DNA from: an uncultured Butyrivibrio sp.
Lineage (GTDB): Bacteria; Bacillota; Clostridia; Lachnospirales; Lachnospiraceae
Assembly (NCBI GenBank): GCA_910577605.1
Contig: CAJTON010000007.1
Coordinates: 2,244 to 66,243, forward strand
DNA: 64,000 bases
Reading direction: 5' to 3'
This document shows, one piece after another, positions 1 to 10,670 of the stretch (positions within the stretch are counted from its first letter, which is position 1; the number at the start of each line of letters is the position of its first letter). The notes beneath the pieces were generated by a model. The model was not told the origin of the DNA, did not search any database, and was given only the letters and a program-made list of their open reading frames with translations. Position numbers and translations under genes: made by a program.

Positions 1-54
1 AAGAGACTGGAGGGCTACGACGTGGACTCGGTTATCAGGTATGAAGGAAAATAA
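1..54 (+). CDS. apt: 3' end of adenine phosphoribosyltransferase (partial)
   Basis: Frame 1 reads KRLEGYDVDSVIRYEGK*, typical Apt C-terminus; apt-relA synteny in Clostridia. Confidence 0.75.
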   Translation, partial: KRLEGYDVDSVIRYEGK

Positions 55-187
55 CCGTGGAAAATAATCAGGGCAAATGATTGTCTGATGTTTATTTTTA
101 TTGATTTTTTTTGCGGTTGGTCTTAAAATAGATATATTACTCAAAGGATTTCGCACTGATTGTCCGTAAGGGCGGAGGGAGGAATTT

Positions 188-3085
188 ATGACTGAAGAGG
201 AAAATTTCAAACAACGGCTTAAAATTGATGAAGCCCCGCTTAATCCGCCTTCCGGGAATACTCCGGATGAGCTGTTTAAGGAGCTTGAGAACTGCATTCT
301 CCAGTACCATCCGTCAACGGATCTGTCTCAGGTCGAAAAGGCGTACAAAGTGGCGAAGGAGGCCCATAAGGAGCAGAAGCGTAAGTCGGGAGAGCCTTAT
401 ATCATACATCCGCTGTGCGTCGCGATAATTCTTGCGCAGCTTGAGCTTGACAAGGAAACGATAATCGCCGGGCTTCTGCACGACGTGGTTGAGGACACGG
501 CGATCACGGGCGAGGAGCTTGAGAATGAATTCGGCTCGGAGGTCGCGCTGCTTGTGGACGGCGTTACCAAGCTGACGCAGATAAGCTATGAGCATGACAA
601 AATAGAGGTTCAGGCGGAAAACCTGCGCAAAATGTTTCTGGCGATGGCAAAGGATATAAGAGTCATAATGATAAAGCTTGCCGACCGCCTTCACAATCAG
701 CGCACGATGCAGTACCAGTCTCCCGAAAAGAGAATCGAGAAGTCGAGGGAAACAATGGAGATCTATTCCCCGATCGCGCAGAGACTCGGCATCTCCAAGA
801 TAAAAGTTGAGCTTGACGACCTCGCGCTCAAATTTTTGCAGCCGGAGGTATACAACGACCTTGAGAAGCAGCTTACACTCGGCAAGGAGGCAAGGGAAGA
901 ATTCGTAAAGGATATTGTAGCCGAGGTCAAGCAGCATATAGACAATGCGGGAATACACTGCGAGATAGACGGGCGCGTAAAGCATTTTTTCAGTATATAC
1001 AAAAAAATGGTCAATCAGGATAAGACGCTCGATCAGATATATGATCTTTTCGCCGTGAGGATAATAGTCGATACGGTCAAGGACTGTTACGCGGCTCTAG
1101 GCGTTATACATGAGATGTATAAGCCGATTCCGGGACGCTTTAAGGACTATATAGCGATGCCGAAGCCGAACCGCTACCAGTCGCTTCATACGACGCTCAT
1201 CTCCTCGACGGGACAGCCGTTTGAGATACAGATAAGGACCTATGAGATGCACAGAACGGCCGAATACGGAATCGCCGCCCATTGGAAGTACAAGGAGAAT
1301 ATAGACGGCACAAAGGGAGACGACAGCGAGGAGGCAAAGCTGACATGGCTCCGCCAGATCCTTGAATGGCAGCGGGACATGTCGGACAATAAGGAATTTC
1401 TGAGCCTTATAAAAAGTGACCTTGATCTGTTTTCCGACAGCGTATACTGCTTTACGCCGAGGGGCGACGTAAAAACTCTGCCGAACGGCTCCACGCCGAT
1501 TGACTTCGCGTACAGCATACATTCTGCGGTCGGTAACAAAATGGTGGGAGCCAAGGTAAACGGAAAGCTTGTAACCATAGATTACAAAATAAAAAACGGC
1601 GACAGAATAGATATAATAACCTCCCAGAATTCCAAGGGACCGAGCCGCGACTGGCTTTCGATAGTCAAGAGCCCTCAGGCGCGCTCCAAGATAAACGCGT
1701 GGTTCAAGGCGGAGCTCAAAGAGGATAATATCGTAAAGGGAAGAGAGCTGATAAACGCCTACTGCAAAAGCAAGAGCATAGTTTTAAGCGATCTGCTCAA
1801 GCCGGAATTCATGGACAAAACCATGACTAAATACGGCTTCAGGGACTGGGAGTCGCTTGTAGCCGCGGTCGGACACGGCGGGCTCAAGGAGGGTCAGGTC
1901 GTAAACAAACTTCTTGAGGAATATGACAAAAAGCACCGCGACGAGATCACTGACGCGGAAATATTGCAGCAGAACGCCGACGACAGTAAGATAAGGCAGA
2001 GGAGACACGACGTTAAGGGCGGAATCGTCGTCAAGGGAATAGGCGACCTTTCGGTGCGTTTTTCCAAGTGCTGCAGCCCGCTTCCCGGAGACGAGATCGT
2101 AGGCTTCGTTACAAGGGGGAGAGGGATCTCGATCCACAGAACAGACTGCGTGAACGTCATAAATATGTCGGAGCTTGACAAATCAAGGCTCATGGACGCT
2201 GAATGGCAGCGCCTCGACGGTTCTGACGACGGCGAAAAATACATTGCCGACATAAAGATATATGCCAACAACAGAACCGGGCTGCTTGTTGACGTGACAA
2301 AGATTTTTACGGAAAAAAAGATCGACATAAAGTCCATAAACAGCAGAACCAGCAAGCAGGGAACGGCTACCATCGAGGTGGGCTTTGAGATAAGCGGAGT
2401 GGAGCAGCTCAACGAGCTTATGGCAAAGCTCAGAGCCGCCGAGGGCGTTAAGGACATGATAAGAATTGAACACAATATCATCGGTATGTGCGCAACCAAC
2501 ACATACTACGCATATAATGAAAAAGAAGGCAGGGGGATAATAGTGGACCCCGCGGACGACGCTCAGAGGATATTCGCGAGAGTGGAGGCTCTCGGCTTCA
2601 AGCCGGAGGCGATACTCCTGACGCACGGGCATTTTGACCATATACTTGCCGTGGAGGAGGTTCGGTCAAGATACGGGATCAAGGCGTATATCGGGCGAAA
2701 CGAGGAGTCTGTGCTTCACAGTCCCGAACTGAATCTTACGTCCGTCTTTATGGGGGCGGCGCTTACGCTTGACGCGGACGTTTATCTTGAGGACGGTCAG
2801 GTATTCGAGGCGGCGGGCTATAAGATACGCGCGATAGAAATACCGGGGCATACCGCGGGCGGAATGTGCTATTATTTCGAGGATGAAAAGGTAGTCTTTT
2901 CCGGCGATACGCTTTTTAGCGAGTCGATAGGCAGAAGCGATTTCCCGGGCGGGAGTGCGTCTGCGCTTTGCCGCGGCATCAAAGAAAAGCTGTATACGCT
3001 TCCGAAGGATACGAGAGTGCTGCCGGGACATATGGACGAGACCACGATAGAGCATGAGATGCGCTACAATCCTTTTTGCAGATAG
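188..3085 (+). CDS. relA: Long RSH (p)ppGpp synthetase/hydrolase fused in frame to a C-terminal MBL-fold metallo-hydrolase (from Met757, nt 2456)
   Basis: HD motif LLHDVVEDT, synthetase RFKDY/YQSLHTT/EIQIRT, TGS, KCC...HRTDC Zn finger, ACT domain, then THGHFDH MBL motif; RBS GGAGG upstream. Confidence 0.93.
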   Translation: MTEEENFKQRLKIDEAPLNPPSGNTPDELFKELENCILQYHPSTDLSQVEKAYKVAKEAHKEQKRKSGEPYIIHPLCVAIILAQLELDKETIIAGLLHDVVEDTAITGEELENEFGSEVALLVDGVTKLTQISYEHDKIEVQAENLRKMFLAMAKDIRVIMIKLADRLHNQRTMQYQSPEKRIEKSRETMEIYSPIAQRLGISKIKVELDDLALKFLQPEVYNDLEKQLTLGKEAREEFVKDIVAEVKQHIDNAGIHCEIDGRVKHFFSIYKKMVNQDKTLDQIYDLFAVRIIVDTVKDCYAALGVIHEMYKPIPGRFKDYIAMPKPNRYQSLHTTLISSTGQPFEIQIRTYEMHRTAEYGIAAHWKYKENIDGTKGDDSEEAKLTWLRQILEWQRDMSDNKEFLSLIKSDLDLFSDSVYCFTPRGDVKTLPNGSTPIDFAYSIHSAVGNKMVGAKVNGKLVTIDYKIKNGDRIDIITSQNSKGPSRDWLSIVKSPQARSKINAWFKAELKEDNIVKGRELINAYCKSKSIVLSDLLKPEFMDKTMTKYGFRDWESLVAAVGHGGLKEGQVVNKLLEEYDKKHRDEITDAEILQQNADDSKIRQRRHDVKGGIVVKGIGDLSVRFSKCCSPLPGDEIVGFVTRGRGISIHRTDCVNVINMSELDKSRLMDAEWQRLDGSDDGEKYIADIKIYANNRTGLLVDVTKIFTEKKIDIKSINSRTSKQGTATIEVGFEISGVEQLNELMAKLRAAEGVKDMIRIEHNIIGMCATNTYYAYNEKEGRGIIVDPADDAQRIFARVEALGFKPEAILLTHGHFDHILAVEEVRSRYGIKAYIGRNEESVLHSPELNLTSVFMGAALTLDADVYLEDGQVFEAAGYKIRAIEIPGHTAGGMCYYFEDEKVVFSGDTLFSESIGRSDFPGGSASALCRGIKEKLYTLPKDTRVLPGHMDETTIEHEMRYNPFCR

Positions 3086-3098
3086 AGGGTGAGCCGCA

Positions 3099-4550
3099 AT
3101 GATCTACATGAGTATTAATACCCATGGCTATGAGAATGACGTCAGGGTCATGATACAGGCGTTTTATCCTAAGGAAAAAATAATAACCGATCCCTCGAGG
3201 GCGGCGGAATGTACGCTCCGGGCAGAAATATGCGTTGACGGTTCAAGGATAAGGGCTTGTATCGGAAGAGAAAACGGAACGGACAAAATAGAATGCGACA
3301 CGGGGACCTTTGAGCGCAAAGCAGTCCGCAACAGGCTAAAAAGAGAGCTGTATTCCGTATTTGCCGGACTTACGGGAACCGAACTTCCGTGGGGAACGCT
3401 CACGGGAATACGCCCGACTAAGATACCTTATGCGATGCTTGAAAACGGGGATAAGGACGAAGAGATCATACGCTGTCTTAAGAGCGAATACCTTATGAAC
3501 GACGCGAAGGCAGAGCTTTCGCTGTCCGTGGCGCGCAAAGAGCACGCGCTTTTGTCCAAACTCGACTATGAGGACGGATACAGCCTTTATATCGGCATTC
3601 CTTTCTGCCCGACCACCTGTCTGTACTGCTCGTTTACCTCTTATCCCCTCTTAATGTGGAAGGGCAGGACCGACGAATATCTTGAGGCTCTTGAGAAGGA
3701 GCTTCGCGCGCTCGGAGGCTTTCTTGCGGGCAAAAAAATAAATACTGTATACATAGGCGGCGGAACGCCTACGACGCTGCTGCCGTATCAGCTTGACAGA
3801 CTTCTGTCCTGTATAGAGCAGAACTTCGATCTGTCCGGCGTAATGGAATTTACCGTGGAGGCGGGAAGACCTGACAGCATTGACCGCGATAAGCTGAAAA
3901 CCCTGCGAGGACACAAGGTCGGCCGTATATCGGTGAATTCGCAGACGATGAATCAGCACACTCTTGATCTGATAGGAAGACGCCATACCGTTGAACAGAC
4001 GGCGTACGCCTTTGACATGGCAAGGGACTGCGGCTTTGACAATATAAATATGGACCTGATAGTCGGACTTCCCGGCGAAGGGGAGCGTGAGGTCAGACAT
4101 ACGCTGGAAGAAACGGCAAGGCTTGCGCCCGACAGCCTTACGGTTCACTCTCTCGCGATAAAACGGGCGGCGGCGCTGAATATTTTTAAAGAGGCGTATG
4201 CGGGATACAGCATAGAAAATACCGACGGCATAATGGAGCTTACTCATAAAGCCGCAGCCGATATGGGACTTGAGCCTTATTACCTGTACCGTCAGAAAAA
4301 TATGGCGGGAAATTTTGAGAATGTCGGCTACGCAAAGCCCGGAATGGAGTGTCTTTATAATATCCTCATTATGGAGGAGAAACAGTCGATATGGGCTGCG
4401 GGGGCAGGCGCCCAGTCAAAGATCGTGCGCAGGGATCCTCCACGGGTGGACAGGATAGAGAACGTCAAAGACGTGTCGGATTATATCGGCAGAACGGATG
4501 AAATGATAGATAGAAAGAGAAGATATATTGATGCAGAAGGCAACGAATGA
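3099..4550 (+). CDS. hemZ: Radical SAM coproporphyrinogen dehydrogenase-like HemZ
   Basis: LPWGTLTGIRP, CxxxCxxC (CPTTCLYC), GGGTPT, PYYLYRQK; synteny. Confidence 0.9.
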   Translation: MIYMSINTHGYENDVRVMIQAFYPKEKIITDPSRAAECTLRAEICVDGSRIRACIGRENGTDKIECDTGTFERKAVRNRLKRELYSVFAGLTGTELPWGTLTGIRPTKIPYAMLENGDKDEEIIRCLKSEYLMNDAKAELSLSVARKEHALLSKLDYEDGYSLYIGIPFCPTTCLYCSFTSYPLLMWKGRTDEYLEALEKELRALGGFLAGKKINTVYIGGGTPTTLLPYQLDRLLSCIEQNFDLSGVMEFTVEAGRPDSIDRDKLKTLRGHKVGRISVNSQTMNQHTLDLIGRRHTVEQTAYAFDMARDCGFDNINMDLIVGLPGEGEREVRHTLEETARLAPDSLTVHSLAIKRAAALNIFKEAYAGYSIENTDGIMELTHKAAADMGLEPYYLYRQKNMAGNFENVGYAKPGMECLYNILIMEEKQSIWAAGAGAQSKIVRRDPPRVDRIENVKDVSDYIGRTDEMIDRKRRYIDAEGNE

Positions 4551-5187
4551 GGTCGATAATTCCGTCCGCATGGAGAAAACTCTTCTGACGGATTTAAAAG
4601 ATAATCTGATCCACGGCATAAGCGTCAGTAATTTGACGTATCTGACTGCCCGTGAAATGGAGCTTGACGGCAAAACCTGCTATGAGCTGGCGGTCGCTGG
4701 ACTTGTGCACGATATAGGCAAGCTCAAGCTTTCCGGCTATCTCTACGGCAGAGCGCAGGACAGCTTTGCCATGGAAAACATGAAATATATGAGGCTGCAT
4801 TCGAGGATCAGCTATGACGTTCTGAAGGATTACGATTTTTCTCCTTTTATTCTTCAGTCGGTGCTTCATCACCACGAGAATTACGACGGGTCGGGCTATC
4901 CCGATAATTTAAAGGGAGAGGACATTCCGTTCGGGGCGAGGGTAATGAGAGCCGCCGATACTTTTACGGCGCTTATTTCGGACCGTCCGTACCGCAAGGC
5001 GTTTGACATTGATACGGCGATGAGTATAATGATTGATGAGATACATAATTACGATATGGAAGTGTTTATCGCTTTTCAGAAGATAATTCATAAACAGGAG
5101 GCTCTTGACGTTATCACTCAGGGCAGACTTTTGATAGATTATGATATTACGCATTTTATAGGAAACGAGGATAATATATGGCACTGA
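4528..5187 (+). CDS. Stand-alone HD-GYP domain protein
   Basis: HDIGK and HHENYDGSGYP motifs, DRPYR. Confidence 0.85.
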   Translation: MMQKATNEVDNSVRMEKTLLTDLKDNLIHGISVSNLTYLTAREMELDGKTCYELAVAGLVHDIGKLKLSGYLYGRAQDSFAMENMKYMRLHSRISYDVLKDYDFSPFILQSVLHHHENYDGSGYPDNLKGEDIPFGARVMRAADTFTALISDRPYRKAFDIDTAMSIMIDEIHNYDMEVFIAFQKIIHKQEALDVITQGRLLIDYDITHFIGNEDNIWH

Positions 5188-6464
5188 TCAAAAAGCCCAT
5201 GACGGGAATGAAGGATATTTTACCTAAGGAGATGGAGATAAGGGATTATCTTATCTCCCTTATAAAAGAAACGTACGGTTCTTTCGGATTTACCGCGATA
5301 GAAACTCCGGCTGTCGAGAATATCGCTAATCTCTCAAGCAAACAGGGAGGCGAGAACGAGAAGCTTATTTTCAAGATACTCAAAAGAGGGGCGAAGCTTG
5401 ACCTTGACGGCGCGCAGAGCGAGAACGATCTTGCGGACGGAGGACTAAGGTACGATCTCACAGTGCCGCTCGTGCGTTTTTATTCAAACAATTCGGCTAA
5501 TCTCCCTTCGCCGTTCAAGGCGTTGCAGATAGGACCGGTTTGGAGGGCGGACAGGCCCCAGAAGGGACGTTTCAGACAGTTTTACCAATGCGATATAGAT
5601 ATACTCGGAGAGCCGGGAAACCTTGCCGAGATCGAGCTTATACTCGCGACGACCACGACGCTGGGAAGGATAGGCTTCAAGAATTTCAGGATAGTCATAA
5701 ACGAGCGCCGCATCTTAAAGGCTATGGCGGCGTACAGCGGATTCGCCGAGGAAGATTACGATACGGTGTTCATAATTCTTGATAAGATGGACAAGATCGG
5801 GCTTGACGGCGTGAAGGAGGAGCTTCTCAAGGAGGGATATTCCGCGGACTGTGTCGAGCGGTATACTGAGCTTTTTGAAGGCATAAAAAGAGCGCCCGAC
5901 GGACTTTCGTATGCGTGCGATAAGATAAAGGATCACCTTGAGCCTGACGTTATGGATAATCTCAAGGACATAATCGACAGCGTAAGCGGCACGAAAAATT
6001 ATAATTTTGAGGTGGTGTTCGACCCGTCGCTCGTGCGCGGAATGTCGTACTATACGGGTACTATTTTTGAAATAGAGGTGCCTGAGTTCGGAAGCAGCGT
6101 CGGCGGCGGCGGACGCTATGACAGGATGGTGGGACGCTTTACCGGACAGGAGGTTCCCGCCTGCGGATTTTCCATAGGCTTTGAAAGGATCGTGACGATA
6201 CTTCTTGACAACGGCTTTGAGATACCGGGAAAGTCCGGTAAGACGGCGTTTCTTATCGAAAAAGGGATCCGCTCCGATATGCTCTGCGGTATAATCAAAG
6301 AGGCGCAGCGGCTCCGCGGCGAGGGAAAGAGCGTGCTTACCGTGAGGATGAACAAGAACAAAAAATTCCAGAAGGAGCAGCTTGAGAAAGAGGGCTACAA
6401 CGACATAAGGGAATTTTATCAAAATCCAATAAATAGGAGAACAAAACAATGGCAGAATCAATGA
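5178..6464 (+). CDS. hisS: Histidine--tRNA ligase
   Basis: LRYDLTVP, RADRPQKGRFRQFYQCD, LVRGMSYYTG, GGGRYD, GFERI. Confidence 0.96.
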   Translation: MALIKKPMTGMKDILPKEMEIRDYLISLIKETYGSFGFTAIETPAVENIANLSSKQGGENEKLIFKILKRGAKLDLDGAQSENDLADGGLRYDLTVPLVRFYSNNSANLPSPFKALQIGPVWRADRPQKGRFRQFYQCDIDILGEPGNLAEIELILATTTTLGRIGFKNFRIVINERRILKAMAAYSGFAEEDYDTVFIILDKMDKIGLDGVKEELLKEGYSADCVERYTELFEGIKRAPDGLSYACDKIKDHLEPDVMDNLKDIIDSVSGTKNYNFEVVFDPSLVRGMSYYTGTIFEIEVPEFGSSVGGGGRYDRMVGRFTGQEVPACGFSIGFERIVTILLDNGFEIPGKSGKTAFLIEKGIRSDMLCGIIKEAQRLRGEGKSVLTVRMNKNKKFQKEQLEKEGYNDIREFYQNPINRRTKQWQNQ

Positions 6465-8242
6465 AGGGACTTAAAAGGACTTGCAGATGCGCCGAGCTTT
6501 CGGAGGAGAATGTCGGACAGACCGTCACCGTTATGGGATGGGTCCAAAAGAACAGAAATAAGGGCGGCATATGCTTTGTGGATCTAAGGGACCGTTCCGG
6601 AATACTCCAGATTATTTTTGAGGAGGATAAAATAGGCGCGGAGGGCTTTACAAAGGCGGGCACGCTAAGAAGCGAGTTCGTTATCGCCGTCGTCGGAACC
6701 GTGTGCAAAAGAGCGGGCGCTGTAAACGACGCTCTTGCGACGGGAACGATAGAGGTCATCGCCTCGGAGCTTCGTATACTTTCGGAGTCGCAGACTCCCC
6801 CTTTTCCCGTGGAGGAGAACTCAAAGACCAAGGAGGAGATAAGGCTCAAATACCGTTTCCTTGACTTGAGAAGGCCTGATTTGCAGCGCATTCTTATGAT
6901 GAGAAGCGAGATAGCGAAGGTGACAAGGCAGTTCCTTTCCGACGAGGGATTTCTTGAGATTGAAACTCCCATACTTCAGAAGAGCACGCCCGAGGGCGCG
7001 AGGGATTATTTGGTACCAAGCCGTATCCATAACGGCTCGTTCTATGCGCTGCCCCAGTCGCCTCAGCTTTTTAAGCAGCTTCTTATGTGTTCGGGCTACG
7101 ACAGATATTTCCAGCTTGCGAAATGCTTCCGCGACGAGGATCTGCGCGCGGACAGGCAGCCTGAATTTACTCAGATAGACATGGAGCTTTCTTTTGTCGA
7201 TATAGACGACGTCATTGACGTCAATGAAAGACTTATGCATAAGCTTTTTAAGGAGATACTCGGTGTTGAAATAGAGCTTCCGATCCAGAGAATGACGTGG
7301 CAGGAGGCTATGGACCGCTTCGGTTCTGACAAGCCCGACATACGCTTCGGAATGGAGCTTAAAGACATATCCGGTCTTGTGAAAAACTGCGGCTTCGGAG
7401 TGTTTACGGGCGCTCTGGAAAACGGCGGAACCGTGCGTGGAATCAACGCGAACGGACAGGGAGCTATGCCCCGCAAAAAGATAGACGCGCTTGTCGATTT
7501 TGCCAAGGGCTGCGGCGCTAAGGGGCTTGCGTGGCTTGCGGTAAATGAGGACGGAAGCTATAAATCCTCCTTCTCCAAGTTTATGACAAATGAGGAGCTT
7601 GACGCTATCGTCGAACGACTTGAAGGAAAGCCCGGGGACTTGCTTCTTTTTGCCGCCGACAGCAATAAGATAGTGTGGAACGTGCTGGGCGCGTTAAGAC
7701 TCCAGATAGCCGACGAGCTTGGACTTCGCAGACCGGACGAATACAAATTCCTCTGGATAACGGAGTTCCCGCTGTTTGAGTGGTCGGACGAGCAGAACAG
7801 GCTTCTTGCGATGCACCATCCCTTCACGATGATGATGGAGGAGGATATAGAGTTTCTTGATACGCAGCCCGAAAAGGTGCGCGCCAAGGCTTACGATATT
7901 ACGCTCAACGGTTATGAGATAGGCGGGGGCAGCGTAAGGATACATCAGGACGACATTCAGAAAAAAATGTTCAATATTCTCGGCTTTACGGACGAGAAGG
8001 CGGAGGAGCAGTTCGGCTTCCTCATCAACGCTTTCAGGTACGGGGTTCCGCCGCACGCGGGGCTTGCGTACGGGCTTGACCGTATCGTAATGCTTATGGC
8101 AAAAACGGACAATATCCGCGACGTTATAGCGTTTCCTAAGATAAAGGACGCGTCATGTCTGCTTACGGGAGCGCCCGACGCGGTCGAGGACATACAGCTT
8201 GAAGAGCTTGGAATCGCGCTGAGAGCCGGAAAAGAAGAATAG
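6449..8242 (+). CDS. aspS: Aspartate--tRNA ligase
   Basis: TPEGARDYLVPSR, LPQSPQLFKQ, FRDEDLRADRQPEFTQ, GAD insert, PPHAGLAYGLDR. Confidence 0.97.
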   Translation: MAESMKGLKRTCRCAELSEENVGQTVTVMGWVQKNRNKGGICFVDLRDRSGILQIIFEEDKIGAEGFTKAGTLRSEFVIAVVGTVCKRAGAVNDALATGTIEVIASELRILSESQTPPFPVEENSKTKEEIRLKYRFLDLRRPDLQRILMMRSEIAKVTRQFLSDEGFLEIETPILQKSTPEGARDYLVPSRIHNGSFYALPQSPQLFKQLLMCSGYDRYFQLAKCFRDEDLRADRQPEFTQIDMELSFVDIDDVIDVNERLMHKLFKEILGVEIELPIQRMTWQEAMDRFGSDKPDIRFGMELKDISGLVKNCGFGVFTGALENGGTVRGINANGQGAMPRKKIDALVDFAKGCGAKGLAWLAVNEDGSYKSSFSKFMTNEELDAIVERLEGKPGDLLLFAADSNKIVWNVLGALRLQIADELGLRRPDEYKFLWITEFPLFEWSDEQNRLLAMHHPFTMMMEEDIEFLDTQPEKVRAKAYDITLNGYEIGGGSVRIHQDDIQKKMFNILGFTDEKAEEQFGFLINAFRYGVPPHAGLAYGLDRIVMLMAKTDNIRDVIAFPKIKDASCLLTGAPDAVEDIQLEELGIALRAGKEE

Positions 8243-8326
8243 GTTACAGGGGTCTGCGGACATATTTCAATGTGTCCGCGGGCCCTTCGCGGTTAAATGA
8301 AGGCAAAGAGATTCAGGAGGAAAAAA

Positions 8327-8689
8327 ATGAAAACAAGACTGACCCATACGCGGGCAAATGTTTCGGACTTGTACAGGTCTATTGAGTGGTATGAGAAAAC
8401 GCTTGGCTTCAAGTGCTACGGAGCCGACATTACGGACACATATGAATACGCTCAGTTTGAATACGGAGAAGGAGCGGCATTTTCCATTATGGTAGCGGGG
8501 ACGGGCGGAACAAACGCGAGATTCAATTTTGCGGTCGACGACGTAGATACCCTTTGGGAAGAACTGAAAGACAAGGTTACAGTTATCGAGCCGATCGCAA
8601 CCATGCCGTGGGGTAACCGTAAATTCACGATCGCGGACCCGGACGGAAACGAGATTGGACTTGTTCAGGAAGGCTATACGGAGGTTTGA
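8327..8689 (+). CDS. VOC/glyoxalase family protein
   Basis: [38 protein letters not shown] before ATG 8327. Confidence 0.85.
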   Translation: MKTRLTHTRANVSDLYRSIEWYEKTLGFKCYGADITDTYEYAQFEYGEGAAFSIMVAGTGGTNARFNFAVDDVDTLWEELKDKVTVIEPIATMPWGNRKFTIADPDGNEIGLVQEGYTEV

Positions 8690-8690
8690 T

Positions 8691-10595
8691 TTGGATAAGC
8701 GTAAAAAAATAACAGTGATCATATCAGTATGCGCGGCGGTCCTTCTCCTGTGCGCGGGTTCTTTTTTCCTGGGAAAATATGTCGGAAACAGAAGCGGCGG
8801 AGACAGAGAAGCGTCCGCTCTGCCGCCCCAAAAGGAAACCTCCTCTCAGTTTGTGGCGGATAACGAAACGGAGGGCAGTGCGAAGGAGGAAGGAACCTCC
8901 GCTGACGCTCCGACGGAGAAGGCTACCGAGCCTCAGAGCGTCGGGACAAAAGAGGGGCTTAGCGTTAAATATTCCGTTTCAAATTCATGGGAAAACGGCG
9001 GAGTGAGTATGTACGGGCTTGAGCTTGGCATAGAAAATAATACGGGAGCGGCTGTTGACGGCTGGATCCTTGTGCTTGAGATAGAAGGGCTTTCAAGCTG
9101 CGAGGGCTGGAACGCCGCCTATTCAGTATCCGGAAATACGCTGAATATAAGCAGCGCGGAATACAACGGAGCGATAGGCGCAGGGCAGAGCGTGACGATC
9201 GGATGCAATCTTGGCGTGGAGGGCGCGCTTAAGGTTAAATCGGCGAAGCTCAACGGAATACTCTGTACGGTGAGCGAGGGGAGTGTCAATCAGGGCGGTA
9301 ACCAAAACGGAAATCAGGGCAGTCAGGGAAACGGGAATCAGGGCGGACAGACAGACGTTTCCCAGCTTCTCAAGCGCTCCGAAAGCGCCGTTCAGGGCGA
9401 CGACTGGCTTTACACTGACGGACGCAGGATACTTGACGCGGACGGCAAGGAGGTATGGATAACGGGCATAAACTGGTTCGGCTACAATACCGGTACAAAT
9501 ACCTTTGACGGCTTGTGGAACAGCGAGCTTGTGTCAACGGTCAAGGCGATAGCGGACCACGGCTTTAATCTGATAAGGGTTCCGATCTCGGCGGAGCTTA
9601 TAAATCAGTGGGCGGCGGGAGAGTATCCTAAAGCCAATTACAACAACGCCTACAATCCGACGCTCAATTCCATGAACAGCCTGGAGATCTTTGATTATTT
9701 CCTCAAGCTTGCGGAGGAAAACGGAATGAAGGTAATGCCCGATATCCACAGCGCGCAGACTGACGCGTCGGGCCATGTGGTCAATCTATGGTACACCGAT
9801 AAGGTGAGCGTGCAGGATTACTACGCGGCGCTGGAATGGATGGCTGACAGATATAAGGACAACGACACGATAATAGCCTTTGACCTCAAAAACGAGCCGC
9901 ACGGCAAGCCGAACGAGGGGAAAGCGGCGGCTATATGGAACGGCTCCAAGGTTGAAAACAACTGGAAATATACGGCTGAGCAGGCGGCGGCGGTCAATCC
10001 CAATGTGCTGATACTTGTTGAAGGAACGGAGATATATCCCATCGATATAAAAAGCAACGGAGATTATTCGTCCGCAGACAGCGAGGATTATTATTTTAAC
10101 TGGTGGGGCGGCAATCTAAGGGGCGTCAGGGATTTTCCGGTCGAGCTCGGAAAATATCAGAACAAGCTTGTCTATTCGCCGCATGACTACGGACCGAGCG
10201 TATACGCTCAGCCGTGGTTTGAGGGGGATTATACCTATGAAAGCCTTACGAAAGACTGCTGGTACGATAACTGGCTTTATATATATGACGAGGACATCGC
10301 GCCGCTTCTCATAGGCGAGTGGGGAGGCTTCATGCGCGAGCCGAATCTAAAATGGATGACGTATATGCGCGAGCTTATCGGGAATTATCATCTTAACCAC
10401 ACCTTCTGGTGCTTCAACGCCAATTCCGGCGATACGGGCGGAATGGTGTTAGATGATTTCGTGACATGGGACGAGGAAAAGTACGCTTTTGTAAAAGAGG
10501 TCCTGTGGCAGGAGGACGGAAAGTTCGTCGGTCTTGACCACGCGATACCTTTAGGCGAAAACGGGATCACGCTTGAAGAGGCGAAGGGGCTGTGA
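8691..10595 (+). CDS. Membrane-anchored GH5 endoglucanase with CBM2
   Basis: N-terminal hydrophobic helix, CBM2-like (NSW...DGW...GWN), G/N/Q linker, GH5 GINWFG, LKNEPH, YSPHDYG, IGEWGG; TTG start after GGAGG. Confidence 0.88.
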   Translation: MDKRKKITVIISVCAAVLLLCAGSFFLGKYVGNRSGGDREASALPPQKETSSQFVADNETEGSAKEEGTSADAPTEKATEPQSVGTKEGLSVKYSVSNSWENGGVSMYGLELGIENNTGAAVDGWILVLEIEGLSSCEGWNAAYSVSGNTLNISSAEYNGAIGAGQSVTIGCNLGVEGALKVKSAKLNGILCTVSEGSVNQGGNQNGNQGSQGNGNQGGQTDVSQLLKRSESAVQGDDWLYTDGRRILDADGKEVWITGINWFGYNTGTNTFDGLWNSELVSTVKAIADHGFNLIRVPISAELINQWAAGEYPKANYNNAYNPTLNSMNSLEIFDYFLKLAEENGMKVMPDIHSAQTDASGHVVNLWYTDKVSVQDYYAALEWMADRYKDNDTIIAFDLKNEPHGKPNEGKAAAIWNGSKVENNWKYTAEQAAAVNPNVLILVEGTEIYPIDIKSNGDYSSADSEDYYFNWWGGNLRGVRDFPVELGKYQNKLVYSPHDYGPSVYAQPWFEGDYTYESLTKDCWYDNWLYIYDEDIAPLLIGEWGGFMREPNLKWMTYMRELIGNYHLNHTFWCFNANSGDTGGMVLDDFVTWDEEKYAFVKEVLWQEDGKFVGLDHAIPLGENGITLEEAKGL

Positions 10596-10611
10596 GATGT
10601 CGGTTTTTCGC

Positions 10612-10640
10612 TTGCTAAAACTTTCCGCTTGCGATATAAT
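10612..10640 (+). promoter_or_regulatory. Sigma-A-like promoter of glyA
   Basis: TTGCTA-17bp-TATAAT. Confidence 0.65.
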
Positions 10641-10670
10641 GATTTTAATTATTTTTATGGAGGAAGTAAA

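Noticed and set aside
6420..6464. hisS C-terminal extension overlapping aspS by 16 nt as another deletion
   Set aside because: Short overlaps are common and cannot be judged without orthologs
9285..9350. Short repeats AATCAGGG in the cellulase gene
   Set aside because: Encode an N/Q/G linker; not CRISPR-like spacing
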